In this document: positions 43,201 to 53,739 of the stretch, one piece after another | Numbering within the stretch: the first letter of the stretch is position 1 | Layout: the number at the start of each line of letters is the position of its first letter | DNA from: Zygnema circumcarinatum SAG 698-1b | Taxonomy: Eukaryota; Plantae; Zygnematophyceae | Assembly (NCBI GenBank): GCA_037447605.1 | Contig: CM074806.1 | Span: 62,001-126,000, forward strand | Direction of reading: 5' to 3' | Length of the DNA stretch: 64,000 nucleotides | Program-made: the position numbers and the translations under genes | Notes under the pieces: model-generated | What the model saw: the letters and a program-made list of their open reading frames with translations, nothing else | Databases searched by the model: none | What the model was told of the DNA's origin: nothing

Positions 43201-43367
43201 TGCAGGTGGTGTTGCAATGGGCGCTGCTCCACGGACAGGTCGTCATTCCTCGATCTCACAGCCAGCAGCGCATTCTCGAGAACTTCCAAGCTCCCGGCTG
43301 CCAGCTGTCGCCAGCGGACATGGCCGCCTTGGACGGCCTCGATGGCCTCATGCCTACGATCAGATGA
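40291..43367 (+). CDS. Aldo-keto reductase with N-terminal hydrophobic anchor and Pro-rich linker
   Basis: Exons 40291-40618, 40723-40804, 40923-41028, 41644-41804, 41906-41957, 42216-42289, 42476-42599, 42777-42836 and 43206-43367. NGVRMPRLGFGT, catalytic tetrad D (DSAQ), Y (EWY), K (VSK), H (LLHYP), IGVSNF, LQWAL..G..VIPRS. Confidence 0.92.
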
Positions 43368-44287
43368 GCTGGCAGCTCGCTAGAAATAAGTGTCTCAAAG
43401 CAGCTCTGGTTACATTGCTTAAACTTGCCGGTTATTAGGGCGTGTCAGACTTAAAAATAGTCAGTATCCCTTTTTCTTAAGTTTGATACCAAACAAGTAC
43501 TTAAAGGACTAGCGATCCCCCTGCAAAGGAGCACTCCTGTAACTTTGTTTTGAGTAATGCATTTCGTAAGTTTTTGTTAGACTGACACGCCCTGTTGTTG
43601 GCTCTATTTGTCGACCTTCCTGACACATATTCCCTTTTGGTTTGGATCGCTTTATCTTTCGTTTTCCTTTGTTCTGCATGTATTTTCGGACATCGAGCTC
43701 TCATATTGAAATTTCTAAAATGGATTGGGCTCCACAACCTCATGCAGTGACTGAATTGATCAGCGTATTATACTTGGCTTGGACAACATGGCATGGGGGT
43801 AGCTTCAATGACTTCCTCGGTCCGGCTACTGAGCATTAGAAAGCGCATATGGGAACGAATGCCCATGTTGGACCGTGCGGAAGAGCCAAAACCGTCAGGA
43901 CGCGAAATGTTTGAGCAGCTCGACAATGGAGTGCGCAACCGGCCCAGGGCTCGCAAATACTTGCAGCCGGAACAGTGGAACATCGACAATAGCAACCCCT
44001 CAATCGGCATGTTTCCAACTTGCGACCTTCTGAGCATCTCCGCTCAAGTACAATTCGGCACATGCACGATGAGGTTTACGCGGATGATGCTGCGAGGCAC
44101 AACACTCCCTCCGTCGTCTTGTTCTGCTCGTCAAGGTGCGGCAATGTTGCCGCAAGAATATTGAATACCCGGCAACTCAGGAAGGTCCTTGAGTTCTAAT
44201 CCGCAAGCCCCAGCATCTCGATTGGCTGGAACAATCAAGGTCACAGCCGCAAAACATATTTACCGCTCTCCCACTACATACATTGTA

Positions 44288-45934
44288 CTACTTAAGCTTT
44301 GGACAGAAATCTGCAAGGGGGTTTGCAGAAGGACAGGTGGCAAAGCATGATTGACGGAGAGCAGGATCGTCCTCGAGTGCGGGAGGTTTCTGACCGAACA
44401 CCATCCGACAACCGAGCGTTTCAAAGTTTGGCTCCATTGTGAGCGGCATTCTGTCCCCAACAATAGATCAATTTCAGGCGTTTGCATCCTTTATTCCTTC
44501 CCAGCCACGCCTTGAGCCTTCTCCTGTTCTAATGAATTCCGTCGCAACAATAATGCAACGGCACAAAGATGACCACGACCACCGCATTGCGCTGCTTTTG
44601 CCACTGGAACATTGTTGAAACTCACTGGTCCCCATGCAAAAGGGCACAGCAGCAATAATGCTCAGGCAGCGACCAGCCCTATCGTAGATGGCATTTTCTT
44701 CGTACATCCACGAAATTAACCTCAGAATGCAGAAAATGACTTGAGTGGAAAAAAAGAGACGTACCCCAACTCATTTGTAAAGAAGTGCTGGGTGGGTACT
44801 TTGCAAAGATTGATGCACATCCCAGCACAGCCACTTGTGTCCAAGTAGCGGCACTTGTCAATCACCACAACGCTCCGCAGGAGCCGGCCATCCACTTCAG
44901 TCGACTCCACCTGCATACTGTCAAGGGCGTTCTCCCTTCCCATCAAGTCTTTGGACTCATACGTGTCGTAGGCGTGTACATATAAAATGCAGAAGGTCTA
45001 AACGCGCAGTCAGGTAGTGTGAAGCAGCGAAGAGATCTCTAATCCTTACAAGGAAAAGCGAGCGGGTCAATCACCTGACAAGGGCCAACCAGCCACTCAA
45101 AAAATTGCGGAGTGATGCGCGCATTCAGCTCCGCTCCCCAATCAGAGTATGGAAATAATCGCCGAAACCATGCCGGAATACGTGGGAATCCCTGCTCTTT
45201 CGCCAAAAGCGACATTGAAGTTGCTGATGAAATGCCATCATGCAATTAGTCGGCTTTTCGTGACATACATTGCAGTGGACTGCTAGGGCGAAGAGGTGCT
45301 CGGCGCACCTGCAACACTGCTGTTCTCTGCTGTTCTGCGTTCCGCCCTCGCATGAGAGCATGAGATACCTCCACCATGCCTTGATAACCATCTTCCCAGC
45401 TGCGGTTGGACTGCATCACAAAAAAGTGCGTATGCCCAATGATGTCCATCTTCACTGTTCGGTGCACGCGATAGAGACAGCACGTGATGCAAAGAAAGCA
45501 AAAACCATATGATTGACTAACCTTCCTGATTTTCAAGTTCCTCCGAGATGCAGCAAGGGCGAGCGCGCCACAACGATGTCTGGCCTGTACCTCTGAAGAG
45601 ACATTCTCGTGCGAGTGGTGAAATCTCCAGAGTGGGGGAGGGAAGCACGGACCTGCCAGCCTGCGACCTTTCCGAACGATTGTCTGCAGAGGTGGATGAA
45701 GGCGAGGTCAAAGAAGGAGTCTTTGTAGGCGCGCGCTCCGAGCTCTGCCCGGCCCATGCTGGGCGCGGCCTCGCCCTCCCCCACCGCCTCCGCCGCTGCA
45801 CGCAGGACGAGCCGGGGCCGGGGCCGGGCCGGGCGGCGCCTCGCCCCCCCCGGCGAGGCCAAGGCAGCGAGGGCGGGCGAGGCGGGCACTGCGGCGGGCC
45901 CCGCAGCCATACAGGGCGCACTGAGTGCCGCCAT
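44288..45934 (-). CDS. DWARF27-family beta-carotene isomerase-like protein (DUF4033), plastid transit peptide
   Basis: Exons 45653-45934, 45309-45410, 45075-45191, 44765-44910 and 44288-44450. Motifs [61 protein letters not shown]. Confidence 0.92.
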
Positions 45935-46081
45935 AGCTCCCTTCCCCTCCCTCCCTCCCCTGCGGACCAGTTACGCGAGCAGTCGCGCACGAGCCACGAG
46001 GCCCTCCGCTGAAGGACGGCGGGAGGGAAAGAGGGCGGCACCGAACGGGACGCGGTGCGGCGCTGGACGGCGCTTTGCGCC

Positions 46082-46304
46082 GCCCTCTCCCTCTCCCACT
46101 CCCTCTCCCACTCCCTCTCCCTCGCCCTCTCCCTCGCCCTTTCCCTCTCCGTCTCCCTCTCCCTCTCCCTCGCCCTCTCCCTCTCTCTCTCCCCCTCTCC
46201 CTCTACCTCTCCCTCTCCCTCGCCCTCTCCCTCGCCCTCTCCCTCGCCCTCTCCCTCTCCCTCGCCCTCTCCCTCTCCCTCTCCCTGCCCTCTCCCTCTC
46301 CCTC
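46082..46304. repeat. Compound (CTCTCC/CTCGCC)n hexamer array between D27-like and mTERF starts
   Basis: Read directly; it fills more than 40% of the ~520-bp divergent spacer. Confidence 0.95.
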
Positions 46305-46451
46305 TACGGTACAGCGAGAGGCCGCGGCGCCGCCGCAGCAGCAGCGCAGGAGGCGGCGCGTTGAACTGCGAGGACTCGCTTGCGGCTAAGGAACACGGCG
46401 AGGAGCCTTTCCCCAGGAGGAGCCTGCACCTGCCTGCCATCATAATTGGCG

Positions 46452-48158
46452 ATGTTCCTGCGCCGTGCCCAGCGCCAAACCCCTTCCCTCTGGAAAATTC
46501 TGCCTCAGACTTTCCTACAATCTTTCTATTCTCGAGGTCTGACAGTGCCTGCTTCTGTTGATACCGCGAGACATAAAAACATCTCCCATTTCTTTCGGAG
46601 AATTCCTGATTCCGCGCACAGTTTTAACAACCATTCCTGGTTTCCAAGATCTAGCTGCTACGCCGTTTTCAGGGGAGTCCACTCTGCGGTAGGAGCTGAA
46701 GAAGATGACGATGAAGATGAAGCAGGATTTGATGACGGGAACGTGCCCTCGCCTGACGAAAGTGCTATCAGCGCGGCACTCAATCTTATTCCAGGGATCA
46801 AGAGCTATCCGCCTCTGCTTAGTGCACGGAAAAACATGGGCCTTCTGCTGCATTTAGGAGCTTCACCGGAGGAAGCAGCGTACTTCATGAAGCGACAACC
46901 TTCTCTTCTGCTGTACGAAGCTACCGATGATCTTTTGGCCAAGGCTTCTTTGCTGGACGAGTATTGCGGAGATCGGCAACTCCTCCTGCGTATGCGTCAT
47001 CCTCTTGGTAGTCCACACACTTTGCAGGCCGTTCTCGATTTTTTGATGAATGAACTCAAATTTGACAAGTCCGAAGTGGCAAAACTCATGAAGTTAGAGG
47101 ACCTGTCTCTTGTCGATCAAGACGAGGCGTCACTGCGCGATGTGGTGGCTTGCATGCGCGCTGCAGGCATTGTCGACATAAAAAGGTTCTTCAAGCGTTT
47201 CCTTATGTGTCCCCGATATCCACATGATTGGGTCGCTCGTAAGTTGGAGGTCCTCAGGAGTTTCCTGCCACCAAATGATTTGACCTCCATTGTGCAACGG
47301 TTTCCGAAAATTCTTTCAGCACAAGTCGATGTGTTGAAGATGAATAGAAATGCTTTGGTTGATCTTTTTGGGCTAGAAAAAGCAGCGAGGATGTTTCGGC
47401 AACACCCAGCCCTGCTAACAGCTGCTCCCAGCACAATACAGACAACTTATTTGGAGTTGATGCTCGTGTTTGGAGAAGAAACAGCCTTGCGGATGGTTGT
47501 TGGGCAGCCGGGCATCCTTTGCCTGTCGTGGGAGCGTGTGAGCAAGAAGCTTGACTACTTGAGGCAGGCCATGGGCCGCAAATTGGACGAGGTTGCCAGC
47601 TGTCCAACGTTCCTCATGCGGAGCCTCGACAAATGTATTAAGCCTCGCCATCTGGCCCTGAAAGAGTGGTCATCCGAGTTCGGACTCAGCTACATTCTTG
47701 GCTGCAAACTTACGGTTTTCCAAGAACGTTTTACAGGGATCGTGGATCCGGACAATGCAAAGGCCGAGTCCGCGAGAAGCGAACGTACCAAAAACCTATT
47801 GTTAGAATTCTTTGGGGAGACTGGGTCGAAGGATATCCTACTGAAGGATCCCAGATTGGCTCGCATCAACTGCTCCCTTCTGGAGGCGAAGTTGGTCTAC
47901 TTGGAGAAGGAGATGGAACGCTCACGGGTAGAGTTGATGGCATCCCCACAGGCTTTGCAGCGGAGCTTGCACGGGTGCATTATGCCCCGCCACAAGGCGC
48001 TTGGAGCACGTGCCAAAAACTATAGGCTGAACTATATCATAGTATCGAGCAATACATCATTTGAACGGCGTTTTGGCGTACGACTTCCACCAGAAGCTTA
48101 CGAGTTCGCGTTACGAGTTCGCGTGAGTTTCGTGACATCTCGGAATCCGAGTGGCTGA
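46452..48158 (+). CDS. mTERF-like organellar helical-repeat protein, single long exon
   Basis: Uninterrupted ~568-aa ORF in an otherwise intron-dense region, with a basic/hydroxylated presequence-like N-terminus and repeated 'P.IL' helical units (RFPKIL, QHPALL, GQPGIL) and 'P.FL.RSL...I.PRH' modules. Confidence 0.8.
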   Translation: MFLRRAQRQTPSLWKILPQTFLQSFYSRGLTVPASVDTARHKNISHFFRRIPDSAHSFNNHSWFPRSSCYAVFRGVHSAVGAEEDDDEDEAGFDDGNVPSPDESAISAALNLIPGIKSYPPLLSARKNMGLLLHLGASPEEAAYFMKRQPSLLLYEATDDLLAKASLLDEYCGDRQLLLRMRHPLGSPHTLQAVLDFLMNELKFDKSEVAKLMKLEDLSLVDQDEASLRDVVACMRAAGIVDIKRFFKRFLMCPRYPHDWVARKLEVLRSFLPPNDLTSIVQRFPKILSAQVDVLKMNRNALVDLFGLEKAARMFRQHPALLTAAPSTIQTTYLELMLVFGEETALRMVVGQPGILCLSWERVSKKLDYLRQAMGRKLDEVASCPTFLMRSLDKCIKPRHLALKEWSSEFGLSYILGCKLTVFQERFTGIVDPDNAKAESARSERTKNLLLEFFGETGSKDILLKDPRLARINCSLLEAKLVYLEKEMERSRVELMASPQALQRSLHGCIMPRHKALGARAKNYRLNYIIVSSNTSFERRFGVRLPPEAYEFALRVRVSFVTSRNPSG

Positions 48159-49786
48159 CTGATATAGGTTAATTTAATCGTGCTGTACAGCTTTTCTGTG
48201 CAGGCCCTCTGATTGAATTGAATCTGAATTAAAATGTGATTGAGACCACAGAAATTTCGAAGCAGGGTAACTCCAGCAAACAACTAATAGGATTCACGAC
48301 CTACCTTCACGACCTTTCAGTATTTTGTCGTTACAGCTGGATTAAGCAAGAATGGAATCAGTCCAGAGGCTGTCCCTGCCGTCACGTTTTTGCTGAAAAC
48401 ATCCGAATGCACCTTCAAAGAACCTGAAAATAATACTGACAGTCAAATCCCTGTTTTTCAACTTGCAGACAGTTTAAGACCCAGCCTAGTTAATGGGGCG
48501 AGGAAAATCTTGTTCTTTCCGTCCATCGAAAGGAGGAGCTGGTGCAACGGGTACTGGTGAGGCAGCTGTTTGCCTGTAAGGTGTTCATGGTTGGCTTCTG
48601 CCGGTCTTCGAAGAGTGGTCGAGCAAGTTGGCTGAAGCGATCGGTGATCAGATGGCTTATCTGAATCCTCCTGAAAACCTATAACATACGATTTCGGGAA
48701 AAACTGTCGTCCGACAAGTTTTTAGTGACATCTTCCACCTGCTCGCGTTGATTAGATACTGGCGCAGGTGAGTTTTCCTTCCTTGGTTCTGGGGGTTTTA
48801 CGTGGGACTACGTTTTGTGTCAATTCAACAACGACCAAAGTTAAGGGTAGCAAAGCATGTTCTAGTGTTAGTTTTTATCAACCGAGCTTTGAGCCTGCAA
48901 TGGCAGTTTGTAGAGAAGCAGTGCAGGCTGGCTTGTTATCATCACTGCACTCTTGTGTTTTTTTTTGGTCGTCCGCAGAGCATATCGGGACAACAAAATT
49001 CAAGAGTGACAAAACCTAGACGTGCGAGATCCAATGCACCCTCCTCGTCGCCATCTTTCGCGCTTTGGCGGGCCCCCGTACCCAATGCTACGGTACTTCT
49101 GTTTAGAGGTGATTTAGGAGAGTTCAAGCCTGATTGCAAGAAGCAAAATAAAGTTTTGGAAGGGGGCAGCTTTGGGGAGCAGAGTGCTACCAGTTAGGGT
49201 GAATTTTTTGAGAGTCGGGCTTTGCCAATTCCTTGCAGTGCTTGTCTCATAGGGCCTATGGAAATTGTAGAGTTCCACTTTCCTCACTCGCATGCAATAA
49301 TTGATATTCTACGCTTCAATTCACCATCATGCCACTCTGGACTCCAATAATGACATGACAAGTGTTGACACATAAGCTCTCACCAACTGACTAGCATGCA
49401 CTTGGAAATCCATGTGATGGGTTTCATACACCACTCGTGAAATGCCACAGTCAAAGCCATGTCTTTGAACATCTCCACTAAAATGTCTTTCAATTCAACA
49501 CTCTATTGCGCAAAGCTGTGAGTATGTACATGGCTTGATGCTGGGGACAGTTGTCTAGTTGAACTAGTTGTCTCGGCCAGCTTCTTCGTTAGCGGGCTTT
49601 CTTGAAAAGCAAGAAAGACGTGCTTCCCAAGGGACGGTCCCGTCTCCCTCCGCGGTGAGTCCTGCACGAGTGCTGCAGGCTGCCCACTTGTAAACACTTA
49701 AAAGCTGAAAAGTAAGATTTCTGGATAGCAAAACTTGTGTTATACGAGTCGCACATTTTACAAGAGATCAGTTAAAATGGTCAGTT

Positions 49787-51247
49787 TCAGTGTACAGGCA
49801 CATCCACCACATGTGCCTTCTCCTCAGCCTTCGCCTTCGGCACCTTTACATTGAGCACTCCGTCTTTCAGCTCCGCCTTTATTTCTTCCGTCATCGCAAT
49901 ATCGGGCAACTCAATGCGTGTCTGCAGAACAGCAAAAAGTAAAAATCAGCAAAAAGACATGCGTGCACACATCTATGATCATAGATATTATTATAAATTA
50001 TATCATATATTATCATATGCGGTGCTCTGTGGGAAGAGATATCTGACGTGGTAGACGGCGTGGCTGGCGGTCCAGTCATCGCCCCCCTCCCCTTGCTGCT
50101 GCTGCTGCTGCTTGGCGTGCTTCTCTCCGCGAATGACGAGAGTACGCCCGTCCTCGACCTGCACCTTCACGTCCTCCTTCGACAGTCCTGCGCAAACCAT
50201 GCCGCTCCGAACGAGTCAACATCGGAGCACTCTCGCTTAAAAAAAAACGAATGTGGCAAATGCAGGACACTTCCTTGACGTCCTGGATGGCGACCTTCCC
50301 TCCCTGTTATTAAACCAAAAGCTCTAAATTACTGAATTGAAAAGAGGAAGAGCTTAAACAATATATACAGTTCGATTACTGGCCGGCCGGTATTCATTGT
50401 TCAACTCACCCGGCACATCCATGCGAATTTCGAAGGCGCCATCGAGTTCCCGCACAGCCCAGGGGGTCCGCCCGGGCTGCCCGGACGCCCAGCTGAGCTC
50501 CTGCATCCCCGAGGGAGTGAGCTCGTTGAAGAGACGGTCCATGACGGAGACCAACTGCCTCAGACTATGGGGGCCGGCGAGCGGGTCCCAAAGACCTGAA
50601 CCCCACCACATCAACAGCACAAAAATTAATGTCAATTTGTAAATTCAAACACGACGACATCAAATATGAAAGCACTGGACATATAGAATAACTTGCAGCA
50701 GGTTCAGACGAAATCAACTTTGCAGTATTTAGGGTTAGTTTTAGTAGTCGCAGCCCGCTTATCGGGGTGTCAGGGGCATAGAGGCCGGGAAAGAGGAAGA
50801 GGTCAGCGAAAGCGTACTTGAGAAGGTTCGAGCCCAAGGACTGAGGGCTTCCCTTGTGGGACTCCGTCTCCGTAAAGCGCGGTTTTGCGGTGTGCCGTTA
50901 GTGCTATGCTGCGTGGTCGTAACGTTCTTCTCCGCATCCTTCTGAGTCGCCCTCACGGCAAGAGACGGTGCTGCGAGCGTCCCACGGCGCGTGACGTGAT
51001 GGGGGCTGTCGAACACGCGCGTTGGGCTACATACCAGCAAACCTGCAAAAAGCGGATGGGTGGAGTTCGAGTGACGAAGAAGAAGAAAGGAGAAGGGAAT
51101 AGAAGGGGAGAAGACAAGGAATAGGAAGAAGAAAATAGACAAGGGAGAGTTAAGAGAGACGAGTGAGTGAGCCATGTAAGGTGCTGCTGGGTCCTCACCT
51201 GTGCGCGCTCCTGCTGACGTCTCAAGTCCTGACATCGCCATTGTCAT
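49787..51247 (-). CDS. Small heat-shock protein (HSP20/alpha-crystallin), probably plastid-targeted
   Basis: Exons 51199-51247, 50818-51042, 50410-50595, 50048-50187 and 49787-49921. Motifs LWDPLAGPHSLRQLVSVMDRLF, PWAVRE, RMDVPGLSKEDVKVQVE, IKAELKDGVLNVKVPK, VVDVPV. Confidence 0.93.
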
Positions 51248-51385
51248 GTTCGCTCGTTTCCCTCTATTTCAGTCTTCCTCTTTCGCACTTCTTCCCTTTC
51301 AGTTCTCTAGCGCCGGCGGCGATTCAACTCAGCTCTTCGTGAGGCGGAGTAGCGCGGTTAAAGCACTCGCTACCGCTGCTCCCGA

Positions 51386-52094
51386 ATGAAGGCGGGCACT
51401 CATTCCAGAGAGGTCCGGAGAAGCCTCGGCAGAGGTACGGCCGAAGATCGGACCATGTCCGGAAGCTCCGCAGAGCTTCGGAAGGCCACACCGCCGCCCG
51501 GCCGCGGCTTCGCGCTGCATGCGCGCATGGCGCGAGGGAGCCAGAACGGGAGGCGGACGTGGCAGAGTGCATGCATGCATGCGGGCACGCATGTCATGCA
51601 TGCACATGCATGCCCTGCCCTGCGGACGGAGCACGCCCATCCGCGTCGGTCGGGTTACCGACTGCGACCTCGTTCTTTGCTCCGTCACACGCATCATCGC
51701 ATGGACGAAGCGCCGCAACGACCAACGCCAGCCGATAGCTCTCTCCGAACTCGCGATACGATTTGATGCGATACAATACGATACATATTCAGGTACCGCC
51801 GCCCCTTTCCGGAAGAAATCGCCTCGCAATGACCGAACAGCGACCGATGACGTCACCCTTCGTCATCTCGCACGTTGGGAAAAGCGCCACCGACCTTCTA
51901 GAAGCTCCATCGCGCCGACCCGCATGAGTACTCCGCAAACGCGGCGGCCAATGGGATGCGCGGGATCCTGCATGAAGGTACTGAACTATCGCTTCTTTCG
52001 GCGCGCGAGGGCCCGCCGCGAGCTTCGCCCAAGCCTCTCCCGAGCCTTCGCGAACCTGCCCGGCTCGAGCGGGCGAGAGGCGGGGCCCTTATAT
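51386..52094. promoter_or_regulatory. Bidirectional sHSP promoter with heat-shock elements, ABRE, RY repeats and TATA
   Basis: HSE-type TTCnnGAA at 51806 (TTCcgGAA), 51896 (TTCtaGAAgcTCC) and 52047 (TTCgcGAA); degenerate HSE at 51457; ACGTGGC at 51557; five CATGCA at 51570-51610; TGACGTCA at 51848; TTATAT at 52089. Confidence 0.75.
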
Positions 52095-52283
52095 GCGCCC
52101 CTCTCTCTCTCTGTCTCTCTCATTCGGGCTATTCTCGGCCGCGTAGAGACTACAGAGCAGCCAGAAGCAAGGGAGTGGATTAGAATCGAGAGGGAGAGGC
52201 GGGTGAAGTGCTTCAGGCCTTGTGAAGCAGAGAAGGACTTAACTTTTTAAGAGTTCTGTGTTGGTTGCTGAGAGATTTCGGCG

Positions 52284-53739
52284 ATGACGCTTAAAGGGCT
52301 TCCGGGGATGGCGCGGCGACTCACCTTTGTGTTAAAGCTGGCAGGTAGCGAGCGCAGGCTGTATCACGTGCAATTCTGAAAAGTAGCTTTAGCTTTGGCG
52401 TGAGACCTTCGCATCTCCGATGCGCTTGGAGGAAAATAATCAAAAGGACTGAATTGCCCAATCATGTATCAAGATTTTCTCCACATTTTGACTGATTTTT
52501 TGGACTCATCTTTGGGGGATGATATTTGCAGCTCCAAAGTCGGCGGCAGCAGCAGAGTCTCAGAAGTTAGTGGAAGAGCTCAAGCTTCGGCCGATCTTCC
52601 GCTGCATGTCGGCGACTGCCGAGCCGCAGCCACGTGGCGGAGAGGGAGGCGAGGTGGCGGTCGCGAAGCCGGAGAGCTCCGAGGGGCGCCCACTGCAAAG
52701 GCGGGGCGGATGGGGACGGCGGGGGGACCACCTCCTCCCTTTCTCCAACTTCTCATGTGCGTATACCACAAATTTCTGTTTGAAACTTCTTGGTCTTTTT
52801 TCTGCTCGTTCCTGTTGGCTTACCAGTCTGTTCCTGCTCTAGGTGTATCTTCCAACGGGTTTACGGGAATCTGATAGAATTCGTGATTCGCCAACGTGAT
52901 GTATTACTTGCGTGTGCCTGCGACGTGATGTTGCAATGGCGATGATGTTGCGGTGACGCCGTGCTCCATGCGCAGCTCTATGGGACCCGTTCTCCGGTCC
53001 ACGCAGTGTGCGGCACATGATCGCGGACATGGACCGCCTCTTCGACGAGTTTGTGCCCTCCGTGTTCGGGGAGGGCCGCCTCGCGGGGAGGCCTCTGCCG
53101 GCCGTGAGACTGCCCTGGGCGGTGCGGGAGACCGACGATGCCTTCGAGATCCGCGTGGACATGCCAGGTGCCGACACGTGGCATAGCCAGAACCTTTTTT
53201 TTTTTTCCTTACTTTGGGCGGCAGGGGGATGGGTGAAGAGGAGGTGGTAGTGGGTGGGAGTGAAGGATCTATTTGGTTCGTTGAGAGCGGGCGTAATCGG
53301 GAACAGAGGGGTGTGTGCGCAGGGCTGTCGAAAGAGGAGGTGAAGGTGCAGATTGAGGACGGGAACACGCTAGTGATCACGGGAGAGAAGGAGAAAAAGG
53401 AAGGAGAGGGCGACCAGTGGGCTGCCAGCCACGCAAGCTACAACGTATATTTTCTATCTCTTCCTTTCCCTCCCTTCCTTTCTTTGGTCAGGCATGGATG
53501 AGCAATATATTCAACAGGAAGGGTGAGAATTTATTCGTTTGGTTGGAAACGACGAGAGCAAAAGGCTTATTTTTTTTGGTGTTGTTTTGTGTTTGTTCGA
53601 GAAGACCCGGCTGGAGATACCAGAGAATGCGAACGCAGAGGCCTGCGCTGCGGAATTGAAGGACGGCGTGCTGCAGCTGAAGGTGCCAAAGAAGGCACCG
53701 GAGGAGAGGAAGAATGTCATTGATGTGCAGGTTCAGTGA
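52284..53739 (+). CDS. Small heat-shock protein (HSP20), probably mitochondrion-targeted
   Basis: Exons 52284-52344, 52532-52756, 52976-53167, 53323-53444 and 53605-53739. Motifs LWDPFSGPRSVRHMIADMDRLF, PWAVRE, RVDMPGLSKEEVKVQIE, AELKDGVLQLKVPK, VIDVQVQ; presequence ending ...RPIFRCMS. Confidence 0.93.

Noticed and set aside
43400-44280. ORFs between AKR and the D27-like gene (e.g. 43793-44164)
   Set aside because: No recognisable domain or consistent splice structure; probably convergent 3' UTRs.
45517-46443. Long (EG)n/(RE)n/(SP)n ORFs
   Set aside because: Translation of the CT-rich hexamer array in the D27/mTERF spacer.
48400-49780. Short coding-looking stretch near 48590-48690 and ORFs at 48768-49197
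   Set aside because: No start or homology could be supported, so it was left unannotated.
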